From: a virus
IMG/VR virus record: IMGVR_UViG_3300025018_001404
Location: 1-64,000 of that record
Strand: one strand, 5' to 3'
Length of the DNA stretch: 64,000 bases
How positions within the stretch are numbered: the stretch's first letter is position 1; every line of letters starts with the position of its first letter. Of the stretch, positions 56,512 to 64,000 are shown piece after piece. The position numbers and the translations under genes were made by a program. The notes under the pieces are model-generated. The model searched no databases. It saw only the letters and a program-made list of their open reading frames with translations, and was not told the DNA's origin.

Positions 56512-56540
56512 ATTTTAGGTATCTTTGCCGTCTATGTCAA
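56512..56540 (-). promoter_or_regulatory. sigma70-like promoter
   Basis: TTGACA-17bp-TAAAAT with GGCAA in the spacer. Confidence 0.7.
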
Positions 56541-56685
56541 ACACTAAATTGGCAGTCTCTGTCTTTTCGCGTGACCGCTTATATGTCCGCTTCGAAATGA
56601 TCACTCGATGGCGGAAAGCCTTGTTCTCCAGCGATTTGGCGATGTTATCTCGCCGCTTCAATGTCCGCTTCTCAGGCGTGGGCAT
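56515..56685 (-). CDS. 56-aa basic ArfA-like peptide
   Basis: Not in the ORF track: MPTPEKRTLKRRDNIAKSLENKAFRHRVIISKRTYKRSREKTETANLVFDIDGKDT. Confidence 0.55.
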   Translation of the reverse strand: MPTPEKRTLKRRDNIAKSLENKAFRHRVIISKRTYKRSREKTETANLVFDIDGKDT

Positions 56686-58261
56686 CGAGCGTTTCGTGGA
56701 TCGTATGAGTCTTATCCAGCACTACCGCCAGAATACGCTCGCTCAAACTGCCCTCTACGAGCATGAACTGCGCGACGACGTTATCATGCTGGCCGTGTCT
56801 ATGAAGGCGATCCAATGCCTGGGCGTTTGTCCCTGGCGACCACGCAGGCTCTGCCACAACAACGTGCGAGGCTACTGACTGCAGGCCATCGATACCGAAA
56901 CCGGCTGCGTCCAACTGACCTTGGAAAACTCTGACTTTCGGATTCTTGACAAAGGAATCCACGGCGAATTGCCTGGCGTTAATAGACATGCCACCACGGA
57001 CTGAGACGATTCCGTAGTCTTTCAAGGCGTCCTGGATCATGTCCATCACTTCCTTGTGGTGAGCGAACACAACCAGTTTCTCAATTTCCATAACGTCCAG
57101 CAGTGTTATCAGGTGATCGATGACGCGAGGGGCCATGGCGATCCCCATCTCTTTGCGGTACGTGCTGATCTGGCCTTCGATACCCGCTTCGAGGGGGTTC
57201 AACAGGTCCTCGATCTTGAAATCCAGCATCTTCTCCCGCGCCAGTACCTCTTTGATCGCGCCGTTCTGCTCGACGTAAACCATCTCGACTTGCATGTCAG
57301 GAAGGTCCTTGAGCACGTCAGCTTTGAGTCGGCGCACCATGAAGTTGCAGCGAAGCCTGGCACCGAGTTCTGGGAGTCGTCCCCTCAATTCCAGTGCGTG
57401 ACCATTCGACATCATTCCAGACGGGTTGAACCTGTACTGGAACTTCTCCTCGGATAGCCAGTCTACTGCCTCCCAAGCGAGTCCTCGCGCTATCGTGTAG
57501 CACTCTCTCGGGCGGTTCAGGAGGGGCGTACCCGTCAGGGCGATAAACCTCTCTACATGATTAGAGACATAGTCGGTGAATTTACCGCCGCCAAAAATAG
57601 CCCTGCACCGAAGGCTCTCCGGAGACTTCAGCATGTGGGCCTCATCCGCGATCACCAGGTCCCACTTCTCAGCGGTCAGGATCGAATGCAACCCTACATG
57701 GCGCACAAGGTCGTAGCTAATGACGACGAAATTGGAATACGGATTGATCCCATCCTTGGACTTGCCGACGACGTAGGTGGAGACCTTCCGAAGAGTGGAC
57801 CACTCTCTGATCTGGCGCTGCCATTGCAGGCGGATGCTACCGGGGACGATCACAAGGACTCGTTGAGCCTCGATCAAGTTTGCGAAGCTGATCGCCTGCG
57901 GCGTCTTGCCCAGACCCATGGAGTCACCAAACAGGGTGTGCTGGCGCTTGCTCGCGTACTCCACCCCGGCGCGCTGAAAAGGCATAAGAACCTTGCCGTT
58001 TGGAACAGGTACGTCGAAGTCTGAGTCGATAGCGGATGACGCCTTGAAGTCCCGGTACAGAGGTTCCAGTTGCTCTCTGGCGTAAGCATCGGCCTGGTCG
58101 TAGAACTGCAGTACCGCATAGGGGACATCCGTCACCCATGTCAGTTCACCATTCGGACCCCGCGCTGTCGTAGACTTCGTCAGGCCTGCGGCTTGGCAAA
58201 CCTTTTCATCATTGGAGAATAGCGCAAAGGTATTGGTTTTGCTGATGTACCGTAGGCTCAT
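56672..58261 (-). CDS. SNF2-family (HARP-like) helicase
   Basis: DSMGLGKT, DEAH, LTGTP, QALDRLHRHGQ. Confidence 0.93.
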   Translation of the reverse strand: MSLRYISKTNTFALFSNDEKVCQAAGLTKSTTARGPNGELTWVTDVPYAVLQFYDQADAYAREQLEPLYRDFKASSAIDSDFDVPVPNGKVLMPFQRAGVEYASKRQHTLFGDSMGLGKTPQAISFANLIEAQRVLVIVPGSIRLQWQRQIREWSTLRKVSTYVVGKSKDGINPYSNFVVISYDLVRHVGLHSILTAEKWDLVIADEAHMLKSPESLRCRAIFGGGKFTDYVSNHVERFIALTGTPLLNRPRECYTIARGLAWEAVDWLSEEKFQYRFNPSGMMSNGHALELRGRLPELGARLRCNFMVRRLKADVLKDLPDMQVEMVYVEQNGAIKEVLAREKMLDFKIEDLLNPLEAGIEGQISTYRKEMGIAMAPRVIDHLITLLDVMEIEKLVVFAHHKEVMDMIQDALKDYGIVSVRGGMSINARQFAVDSFVKNPKVRVFQGQLDAAGFGIDGLQSVASHVVVAEPAWSPGTNAQALDRLHRHGQHDNVVAQFMLVEGSLSERILAVVLDKTHTIHETLDAHA

Positions 58262-58833
58262 GCATTAACCGGATTTTCAGGCGTGTTATCGTTGATCAGC
58301 CTCAGCAGCGGCGTACCAACCTTCTTCGGAGTCGCATCCGTAGGGATGGTTGCAGTCTGCGGGACCTTCCCCATAGGAGTCGGTGCAGGCTTTGGCGAAA
58401 AACTCAGGATGTCGAACTGGACACCAGATTCCTTGGACAATGAAATCGCCAGGTCCTGCTCTTTCTCCCACCCCGCAAGCATCTGGTCGGTTACTACTTT
58501 CCTGATCCCTGAGGCGATCACAGTCTTGAAGCAGTTCATGCACGGAGCGTGGGTGACGTAGAGCGTACTACCTTGAAGGCTGATTCCCTTGCTGGCCGCA
58601 TGAGCAATGGCGTTTATCTCAGCGTGGATGACGTAGTCGTACTTGACCGGGCGTTCCCAGCGAGCAGCCGTCTCCGCGATTCCAGGCGCAAAGCCATTGT
58701 AACCCGTGGAGAGAATACGGTTCTCCGATTCTACAATGACCGCGCCAACTTGAGTATTCGGGTCCTTCGACCTGTCGGCCACTAGGTAAGCAAGAGACAT
58801 GAAATACCTGTCCCATGGAACAACATCACGCAT
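58258..58833 (-). CDS. dCMP deaminase
   Basis: RSKDP.TQVGAVI, TGYNG, HAEINA, PCMNC. Confidence 0.93.
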   Translation of the reverse strand: MRDVVPWDRYFMSLAYLVADRSKDPNTQVGAVIVESENRILSTGYNGFAPGIAETAARWERPVKYDYVIHAEINAIAHAASKGISLQGSTLYVTHAPCMNCFKTVIASGIRKVVTDQMLAGWEKEQDLAISLSKESGVQFDILSFSPKPAPTPMGKVPQTATIPTDATPKKVGTPLLRLINDNTPENPVNA

Positions 58834-58981
58834 GGTAGCCCGCCTCTTTTAGAATAACGTCGCCTTCTTCATCATACTCAACTGCGGTTACATGAAGTAA
58901 CGCTATCTGATCATCATCGTAATAAACGTCGCTGTCTAGGTCCATTTCGGACAGTGCTGCAATCAATTCACGAACAGTCAC
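58826..58981 (-). CDS. Small hypothetical protein (MTVRELIAALS...)
   Basis: GTG start behind AGGAG; common phage peptide pattern. Confidence 0.6.
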   Translation of the reverse strand: MTVRELIAALSEMDLDSDVYYDDDQIALLHVTAVEYDEEGDVILKEAGYHA

Positions 58982-59229
58982 AGCACACTCCTGTAATAAT
59001 CGCTTCTCAACTGGCGGTCTTCTTCCCTCTGCTCGATGCACCGGTCGCAAACATCCGCATCCGGGTCGATGGTGAAAAACTTGTCAGGCTCCAGGAACCG
59101 TTCCTCGCAGATAAGGCACATAACCGTATGGTCGAAGGGTTGGAGACCGGCGTCTACCGTGGTGACCAGGTCCAGATCGTATCCGTCCTCATCCTCGTCA
59201 ACCTGGATGTCAAACTGGAAGTCGGTCAT
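58978..59229 (-). CDS. Small acidic Zn-finger protein
   Basis: CLIC...CDRC. Confidence 0.6.
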   Translation of the reverse strand: MTDFQFDIQVDEDEDGYDLDLVTTVDAGLQPFDHTVMCLICEERFLEPDKFFTIDPDADVCDRCIEQREEDRQLRSDYYRSVL

Positions 59230-59545
59230 TCTTCTCTCCATACTTAGACAGGGCTTTAGCCGCCATACGGTCAGCAATATCTGCTCGCGACCGATGGATA
59301 TCCGCCTGCTTTTCCTTGCGAGCGATAAACGATTCCAGCGCCTCTGCTAGGGTGGGGCAGGCAAACTTCCGGTATGCATCCTTTAGGACGAACCGCTTTC
59401 CGCCAAAACTGCCACGCTTCAGCCAGACACCTCTTGGGGTATGTTTGATAACGTCGTAGACGGTATAGTAAGTGTCATCGTCCCAGCCGCTTGACTGCGA
59501 GAATGCGCGGTCGTCCAGGCGGTACCAAATTTCCGGTTCGTCCAT
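59210..59545 (-). CDS. Hypothetical phage protein
   Basis: VIKHTP.GVW, FACPT..EALESFIARK..Q. Confidence 0.7.
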   Translation of the reverse strand: MDEPEIWYRLDDRAFSQSSGWDDDTYYTVYDVIKHTPRGVWLKRGSFGGKRFVLKDAYRKFACPTLAEALESFIARKEKQADIHRSRADIADRMAAKALSKYGEKNDRLPV

Positions 59546-59600
59546 CGACTCCTCATATCCTTGCTACACCGGTCACCTCGCGGGCGACTCAAGAGGCATA

Positions 59601-59659
59601 ATCATACTAAGATTGCAGCCAATGTCAATATTGACTTTCGTGACATACATAGGTAGACT
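59601..59659. promoter_or_regulatory. Back-to-back divergent promoters
   Basis: Minus strand TTGACA-16bp-TATGAT (59601-59628); plus strand TTGACT-17bp-TAGACT (59631-59659). Confidence 0.75.
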
Positions 59660-59685
59660 CGCTTCAAATGTGACCGGAGCAAGAT

Positions 59686-60021
59686 ATGAAAATCGCGTTG
59701 AGCGACGTAGCCCTCATTTTGAGTGTGCATCCCCGCACTGTTGTTCGTGCGTTCAAGGAACATGGGATGGAAGTAGGGTACGACTCTGTCGTACAGGTTG
59801 ACGATGTTGGTAAAGTCTTTGATTTCGATCCGGAATATCTCCGTCGAGTCGTGTCTCACCAGGACACCCTGTTGAAACCTGCCGACGCCGCAGCCGAACT
59901 GTCGCTGGCCTTGAGAACCTTCCGCTACCGGGACTACCCTGTGCTGATCAGCAAGAATCGGGTGGTTCGGTACTCCCGCAATGACATCGTCAAATCGCAC
60001 CTCGCTAACTACCTCCTCTAA
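59686..60021 (+). CDS. Tandem-HTH DNA-binding protein
   Basis: LSDVALILSVHPRTVVR and LLKPADAAAELSLALRTF...VRY...DI (excisionase/MerR-like). Confidence 0.75.
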   Translation: MKIALSDVALILSVHPRTVVRAFKEHGMEVGYDSVVQVDDVGKVFDFDPEYLRRVVSHQDTLLKPADAAAELSLALRTFRYRDYPVLISKNRVVRYSRNDIVKSHLANYLL

Positions 60022-60038
60022 GCGAAGGAACCTCGGTA

Positions 60039-62117
60039 GTGAGGAGCGAAGATTGGTCCAGAAAGCAGTGGGCCATTCATCTGGCGTCCATGGGGTTTGG
60101 AATCATTCCACTTTCGGCAGGGGCCAAGGAACCCATAGCCGGTAGCTGGCTGGAATCCAAGACCACTGATACGGGCACCATCGAGGAATGGTTCGAAAAC
60201 GATCCACTGATGAATTATGGCGTTGTCCCTGATAAACGCCACTGCATCATCGATGTCGATGTCAAAGGCGGTAAGCCTGGATTCGAAAATCTCAGCAGCA
60301 TCGAAACCGATCAGCAGATGAAAGACTGGCTGACAGGGGACACCCTCACAGTCGTGTCGCCATCCAAGGGCCTGCACTTCTATCTCGAATCGCCGTTCGA
60401 AGTCGGCAACTCCAATTCGAAGTTCCCTGAGGGAATTGATATCCGTGGCTCTGGCGGGTATGTCGTCGGTCCTGGTTCCACGCTAGTCAAAGGCCGGTGC
60501 AAACCTACGGACGTTCCAGGCTCCTATCGAGTCGTCAACGATGACAAGATCAAGCGTGCTCCCCAATGGGTTGTCTCTAGACTGAGACCTCCCGGCGCAC
60601 GGGATGAACACCGCACCGAGCCGATGTTCGAACTCGACCTTCCCTTCGCCGTCGAACGCGCCAGAGAATTCCTGAAGCGCCGGTCTCCCGCTATCGAGGG
60701 CATGGGCGGCGACGATCACACCTACGCGACCATTGTCCAGGTCAAAGACCTTGGCGTCAGCGAAGACATGTGCGTCGAGTTGCTGCTTGAGCCTGGCGGC
60801 TGGAATGACAAATGCGATCCGCCGTGGTCTATCGAAGAACTGAAGATCAAGTCCTACAACGCCTACCAGTACGGCAACCAGCGCCCCGGCTCCAAGGGCG
60901 GCATCATGGACTTGATGGATGGCGTCGATGTTCAGGACGTGTCCGAACTGCAGGATGAGCGGTACAAGGCTCTCCAGGAAATCGCTTTCCCCGGATTTGA
61001 TATCACCAGGCGCAACAAGCGCCGTGAATCTATTATTCCGTACTGGTTGCCTGCTCACGGCATGGTTATCAACCTGGCGCGTCGAAGCTGGGGTAAGTCA
61101 GTCACCATGGTAGACATGGCTCTCAGGATCGCATGTGACATGGACTGGCATGGCTTGCCGGTGCAGGAAGGCCGTAAGGTCATATACATCTGCGGCGAAG
61201 ACGATGAAGGCCTGGAGGAACAGATCAGGGCTTGGTGCCAATACCATGGTCGGGTTCCGACAAAGGACAGGTTCATCACCTTCGCCGGTACGGTCAATCT
61301 ACTATCCGGAAACGATGTCGAGTTGTGGACCAGGTTCCTGCTCGATACGTGGGTTGACCACGCTAACTGCATCGTGTTTGTCGATACCTGGCAGCGTGCG
61401 ACATCGCGGGGTAAGCAGAACGACGATTCCGAGATGCAGACCGCTGTCTCGAATATCGAAGCCATGGCCAAGAGCCTAAGGGGACCGGCTGTCGTGGCGT
61501 TCCATCCGCCCAAGCACGACACGACCGTCGTCATGGGGTCCAGCGTGATCGAAAACTCGTCAGTCGCCATCTGGCAGGGATCGGATTCCACTGTCGGCAA
61601 GAAACTGGAAGTCACCCGTATAAAGGGCAAGGGATTCGGGAACTACAAGACCTTCAGGTTCGATGAAGTCGAACTTGGTGAAGAGGATGAGTTCGGTAAC
61701 GAACGTACCGGCGTCGTACCTACGATGGTGGCGGGATCAGGGCTGACCAAGGAAGTCGATATGAACGTGGTGGAGAAAGCGAGGGATGCCTATGCCTCTG
61801 TTCTGAAGGACATGCTCATCGAGATCGGGGACATGGATAGCGCCGTAGAGCGCGGCAGGGCTTGCTATATGCACAACATAGCCGACAGGATCGCCCAGGC
61901 TGACGGGACAGACGCAGCCAAGATATTGAATGACGCTGGGGAGATCGGTTTGAACCCGAAGAATGTTCAGCGCAGGCTCAAGGAACTGTTCGTGGACTAC
62001 AGCCTGCCATATGAGTACCCCGATGGTAAAGCCATGCTAGTTGTTACCAAGGGGACAAAGAATGGTAGCAGGAAGTTTGAGTTGAAGAAGATAGTAAGCA
62101 AGGAAAAGGCCGCGTGA
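60039..62117 (+). CDS. Bifunctional primase-polymerase fused to a RepA-like AAA helicase
   Basis: IIDVDVK, GLHFY, IDIRGSGGYVVGPGS, C.PPWS..EL, Walker-like WGKS and VFVDT. Confidence 0.9.
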   Translation: MRSEDWSRKQWAIHLASMGFGIIPLSAGAKEPIAGSWLESKTTDTGTIEEWFENDPLMNYGVVPDKRHCIIDVDVKGGKPGFENLSSIETDQQMKDWLTGDTLTVVSPSKGLHFYLESPFEVGNSNSKFPEGIDIRGSGGYVVGPGSTLVKGRCKPTDVPGSYRVVNDDKIKRAPQWVVSRLRPPGARDEHRTEPMFELDLPFAVERAREFLKRRSPAIEGMGGDDHTYATIVQVKDLGVSEDMCVELLLEPGGWNDKCDPPWSIEELKIKSYNAYQYGNQRPGSKGGIMDLMDGVDVQDVSELQDERYKALQEIAFPGFDITRRNKRRESIIPYWLPAHGMVINLARRSWGKSVTMVDMALRIACDMDWHGLPVQEGRKVIYICGEDDEGLEEQIRAWCQYHGRVPTKDRFITFAGTVNLLSGNDVELWTRFLLDTWVDHANCIVFVDTWQRATSRGKQNDDSEMQTAVSNIEAMAKSLRGPAVVAFHPPKHDTTVVMGSSVIENSSVAIWQGSDSTVGKKLEVTRIKGKGFGNYKTFRFDEVELGEEDEFGNERTGVVPTMVAGSGLTKEVDMNVVEKARDAYASVLKDMLIEIGDMDSAVERGRACYMHNIADRIAQADGTDAAKILNDAGEIGLNPKNVQRRLKELFVDYSLPYEYPDGKAMLVVTKGTKNGSRKFELKKIVSKEKAA

Positions 62118-62134
62118 GCGGCCCTATATAAGTA

Positions 62135-62470
62135 TCAAGAGTATTCTTTTGGTTTAGGCGTTATCAGCAGAGGACTCCCTTCATCCCTCATTACTTGTGT
62201 GTACTGGTCAAATATTTTACCAGCAGCCTTGGCCACCTGATCCGGATCGTGGCTATCCAGATAATCTTCATTCTGCTTCTCAGCCAGAGCACCGCCCAGA
62301 ATCATCAACTTCGACCGTAGGCCCGGTTCATTGGCGTTGACATCGCCGTAGCTAATCAGACCGCCACCGACGGCCAGCTTGCTTTTCGAGTGAAGGCGTA
62401 TGCGAAAGAACCGAACCGGGCGCATCATTTCGTCCTGATCATCCAGGACGTGAATCTCAATGTAGCTCAT
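62135..62470 (-). CDS. Hypothetical protein
   Basis: ORF from MSYIEI; converges on the primase gene. Confidence 0.6.
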   Translation of the reverse strand: MSYIEIHVLDDQDEMMRPVRFFRIRLHSKSKLAVGGGLISYGDVNANEPGLRSKLMILGGALAEKQNEDYLDSHDPDQVAKAAGKIFDQYTQVMRDEGSPLLITPKPKEYS

Positions 62471-62583
62471 CGTCGTTCCAATTTCTTGCAAAGAATGAAG
62501 TTTTCTTGAACTCTTCCAAACCCATAGAGGATATGGCGTATCGGACTGCCTTAGCAATCGCGTCTTCCTGCCCCTTCGTCATA

Positions 62584-63399
62584 TCAAACCGCCACTTCAG
62601 CCTTGATTGCGGGATACGGATCGTAGCCGTAGAAACAGATGTCATCATACGTGAAGGAATCGATGTCCGTAACCGCAGGATTCAGCCACAACCTGGGACG
62701 ACGAGTCGCATCCGGCCTCCTGGACAGCAGTTCAGTCGCCTGCAGCATATGGTTCTTGTAGAGATGGACATCGCCAAAGTTAATGATCAGTTCCTTGGCG
62801 ATCAGTCCAGTGACCTGGGCGACCATATGGGTCAGCAGGGCATAGGAGGCAATGTTGAAAGGCACACCCAAGAACACATCGGCTGACCGCTGCGTCATCA
62901 TGCACGAGAGTTCACCGTTCCTGACGTAGAACTGGAACATCATGTGACAGGGTGGAAGCGCCATATCATTGATCTGCCCGACGTTCCAGGCATTGACGAT
63001 CAGGCGACGGGAGTTTGGGTTTACCTTGATCTGCTCAATGACCTCTGCAATCTGGTCAACCTCGACGGCTTGGCCTAACCCCGCACCGTGCCACATAGCG
63101 TTGCGCCATTGTTCAGGATAGACCGGCCCAAGGTCACCATTCCTATCGGCCCACTCATCCCAAATAGTGACGCCGTTATCCTGGAGGTACCGGATGTTTG
63201 TGGAGCCGCTGATCATCCAGAGCAGTTCATGGACCACGGATTTGATGTGGACCTTCTTGGTCTCCAGCAGCGGGAACTCGTCCTTCAGGTCGAACCAAAT
63301 CTGCTTGCCGAAAAGGGAGTAGGTGCCGACACCTGTGCGATCATCGCTCTCGATGCCGTTCTGAATGATGTCTTCGATCAATGCATGGTACTGTTTCAT
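62584..63399 (-). CDS. thyA: Thymidylate synthase
   Basis: [40 protein letters not shown]. Confidence 0.97.
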   Translation of the reverse strand: MKQYHALIEDIIQNGIESDDRTGVGTYSLFGKQIWFDLKDEFPLLETKKVHIKSVVHELLWMISGSTNIRYLQDNGVTIWDEWADRNGDLGPVYPEQWRNAMWHGAGLGQAVEVDQIAEVIEQIKVNPNSRRLIVNAWNVGQINDMALPPCHMMFQFYVRNGELSCMMTQRSADVFLGVPFNIASYALLTHMVAQVTGLIAKELIINFGDVHLYKNHMLQATELLSRRPDATRRPRLWLNPAVTDIDSFTYDDICFYGYDPYPAIKAEVAV

Positions 63400-63400
63400 A

Positions 63401-63703
63401 TCAATACTCTCCTATTATAATCAGGTGGGCACTATCCCTTGTCGTTTCAGATTCGAAAGTCCTTTCGACGCTCCAGTAGCACCAATCAAGTCTTTGACCA
63501 GCTACTGAACTTAAGATATCAGCCCAAGTGCTAAATGGTACAGTAATTTTTGCATTCGGGTCTGTGTCCATCACCATAGATGTTACCTCTATACCGTGGT
63601 GCCGAAAGACTATTGGACCGCGTGTAAGGTACTCTTGGTAGATACCCCAAGCGAGTTCTTCTATCTTGTTTTCAATGTCTGCAATGGCTTCAGGCGTCAC
63701 CAT
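63401..63703 (-). CDS. Hypothetical protein
   Basis: ORF packed between its neighbours. Confidence 0.55.
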   Translation of the reverse strand: MVTPEAIADIENKIEELAWGIYQEYLTRGPIVFRHHGIEVTSMVMDTDPNAKITVPFSTWADILSSVAGQRLDWCYWSVERTFESETTRDSAHLIIIGEY

Positions 63704-63951
63704 AAGTCCTCCGAGTAAAGTTCAGGTGGCCAGTTCAACCAGTCAATCTGCCCGCAGGCCATGGCGTGCTCTGCAGCCTCAGTGCGATTGTAGAATTTGC
63801 CGTCCTGGTCCACGAATCCTTGCTGAACGTCGTGTGCGTGCATAACACTTGGATAGACCATATTCAGGTTGTGGATCAGATCGTGGTGCCGACGCGGCTT
63901 TGACGCGATGAAAAATTCAGTGGCTGTCTTGATGGCGACTCCAGTGATCAC
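63697..63951 (-). CDS. Conserved phage hypothetical protein (QGFVDQ.G.F.NR.EA...LYSEDL)
   Basis: Recognisable family motif; RBS AGGAG. Confidence 0.8.
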   Translation of the reverse strand: MITGVAIKTATEFFIASKPRRHHDLIHNLNMVYPSVMHAHDVQQGFVDQDGKFYNRTEAAEHAMACGQIDWLNWPPELYSEDLW

Positions 63952-64000
63952 AGAACCTCTCCTGCTTCAGCCGCCTCGATATCCTCTATAGACGGGTACG

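Overview
The whole window is part of a tailed dsDNA phage (siphovirus-like) genome. The likely host is an alphaproteobacterium, judging by the RcGTA-like head-spike and tail-tip modules and the Flp-type pilin. Layout: (i) 1-4070, a leftward early/host-takeover operon of small genes; (ii) about 4050-6340, largely non-coding control DNA rich in repeated motifs; (iii) about 6350-41150, rightward virion and lysis genes (head spike/fibre cluster, TerL, portal, TerS, scaffold, tRNAs, MCP, neck, tail tube, frameshifted chaperone, tape measure, GTA-like tail tip, holin, SLT endolysin, spanins); (iv) about 41330-64000, mostly leftward DNA and nucleotide metabolism genes (NrdJ, MazG, NDT, T5 A1-like, RuvC-like, PolA with an intein, SSB, Cas4-like nuclease, SNF2 helicase, dCMP deaminase, primase-helicase, ThyA). 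I saw no integrase, CRISPR array or reverse transcriptase. Several signals are missing from the supplied ORF track: a phage-encoded 49-aa Flp/Tad pilin; a structured intergenic RNA whose loop matches an extended RBS motif (GAGGAGTCGAA) shared by eight genes; a five-copy late-promoter motif GGGGTTAC-N20-TAnnn(T/C); a WTGACW-N5-KGCAA promoter/operator motif; a G(T/A)GAT-pentaloop hairpin array in the capsid leader; a fused tRNA; and an ArfA-like peptide. All calls come from reading the sequence and recalling family motifs. No database search was run.
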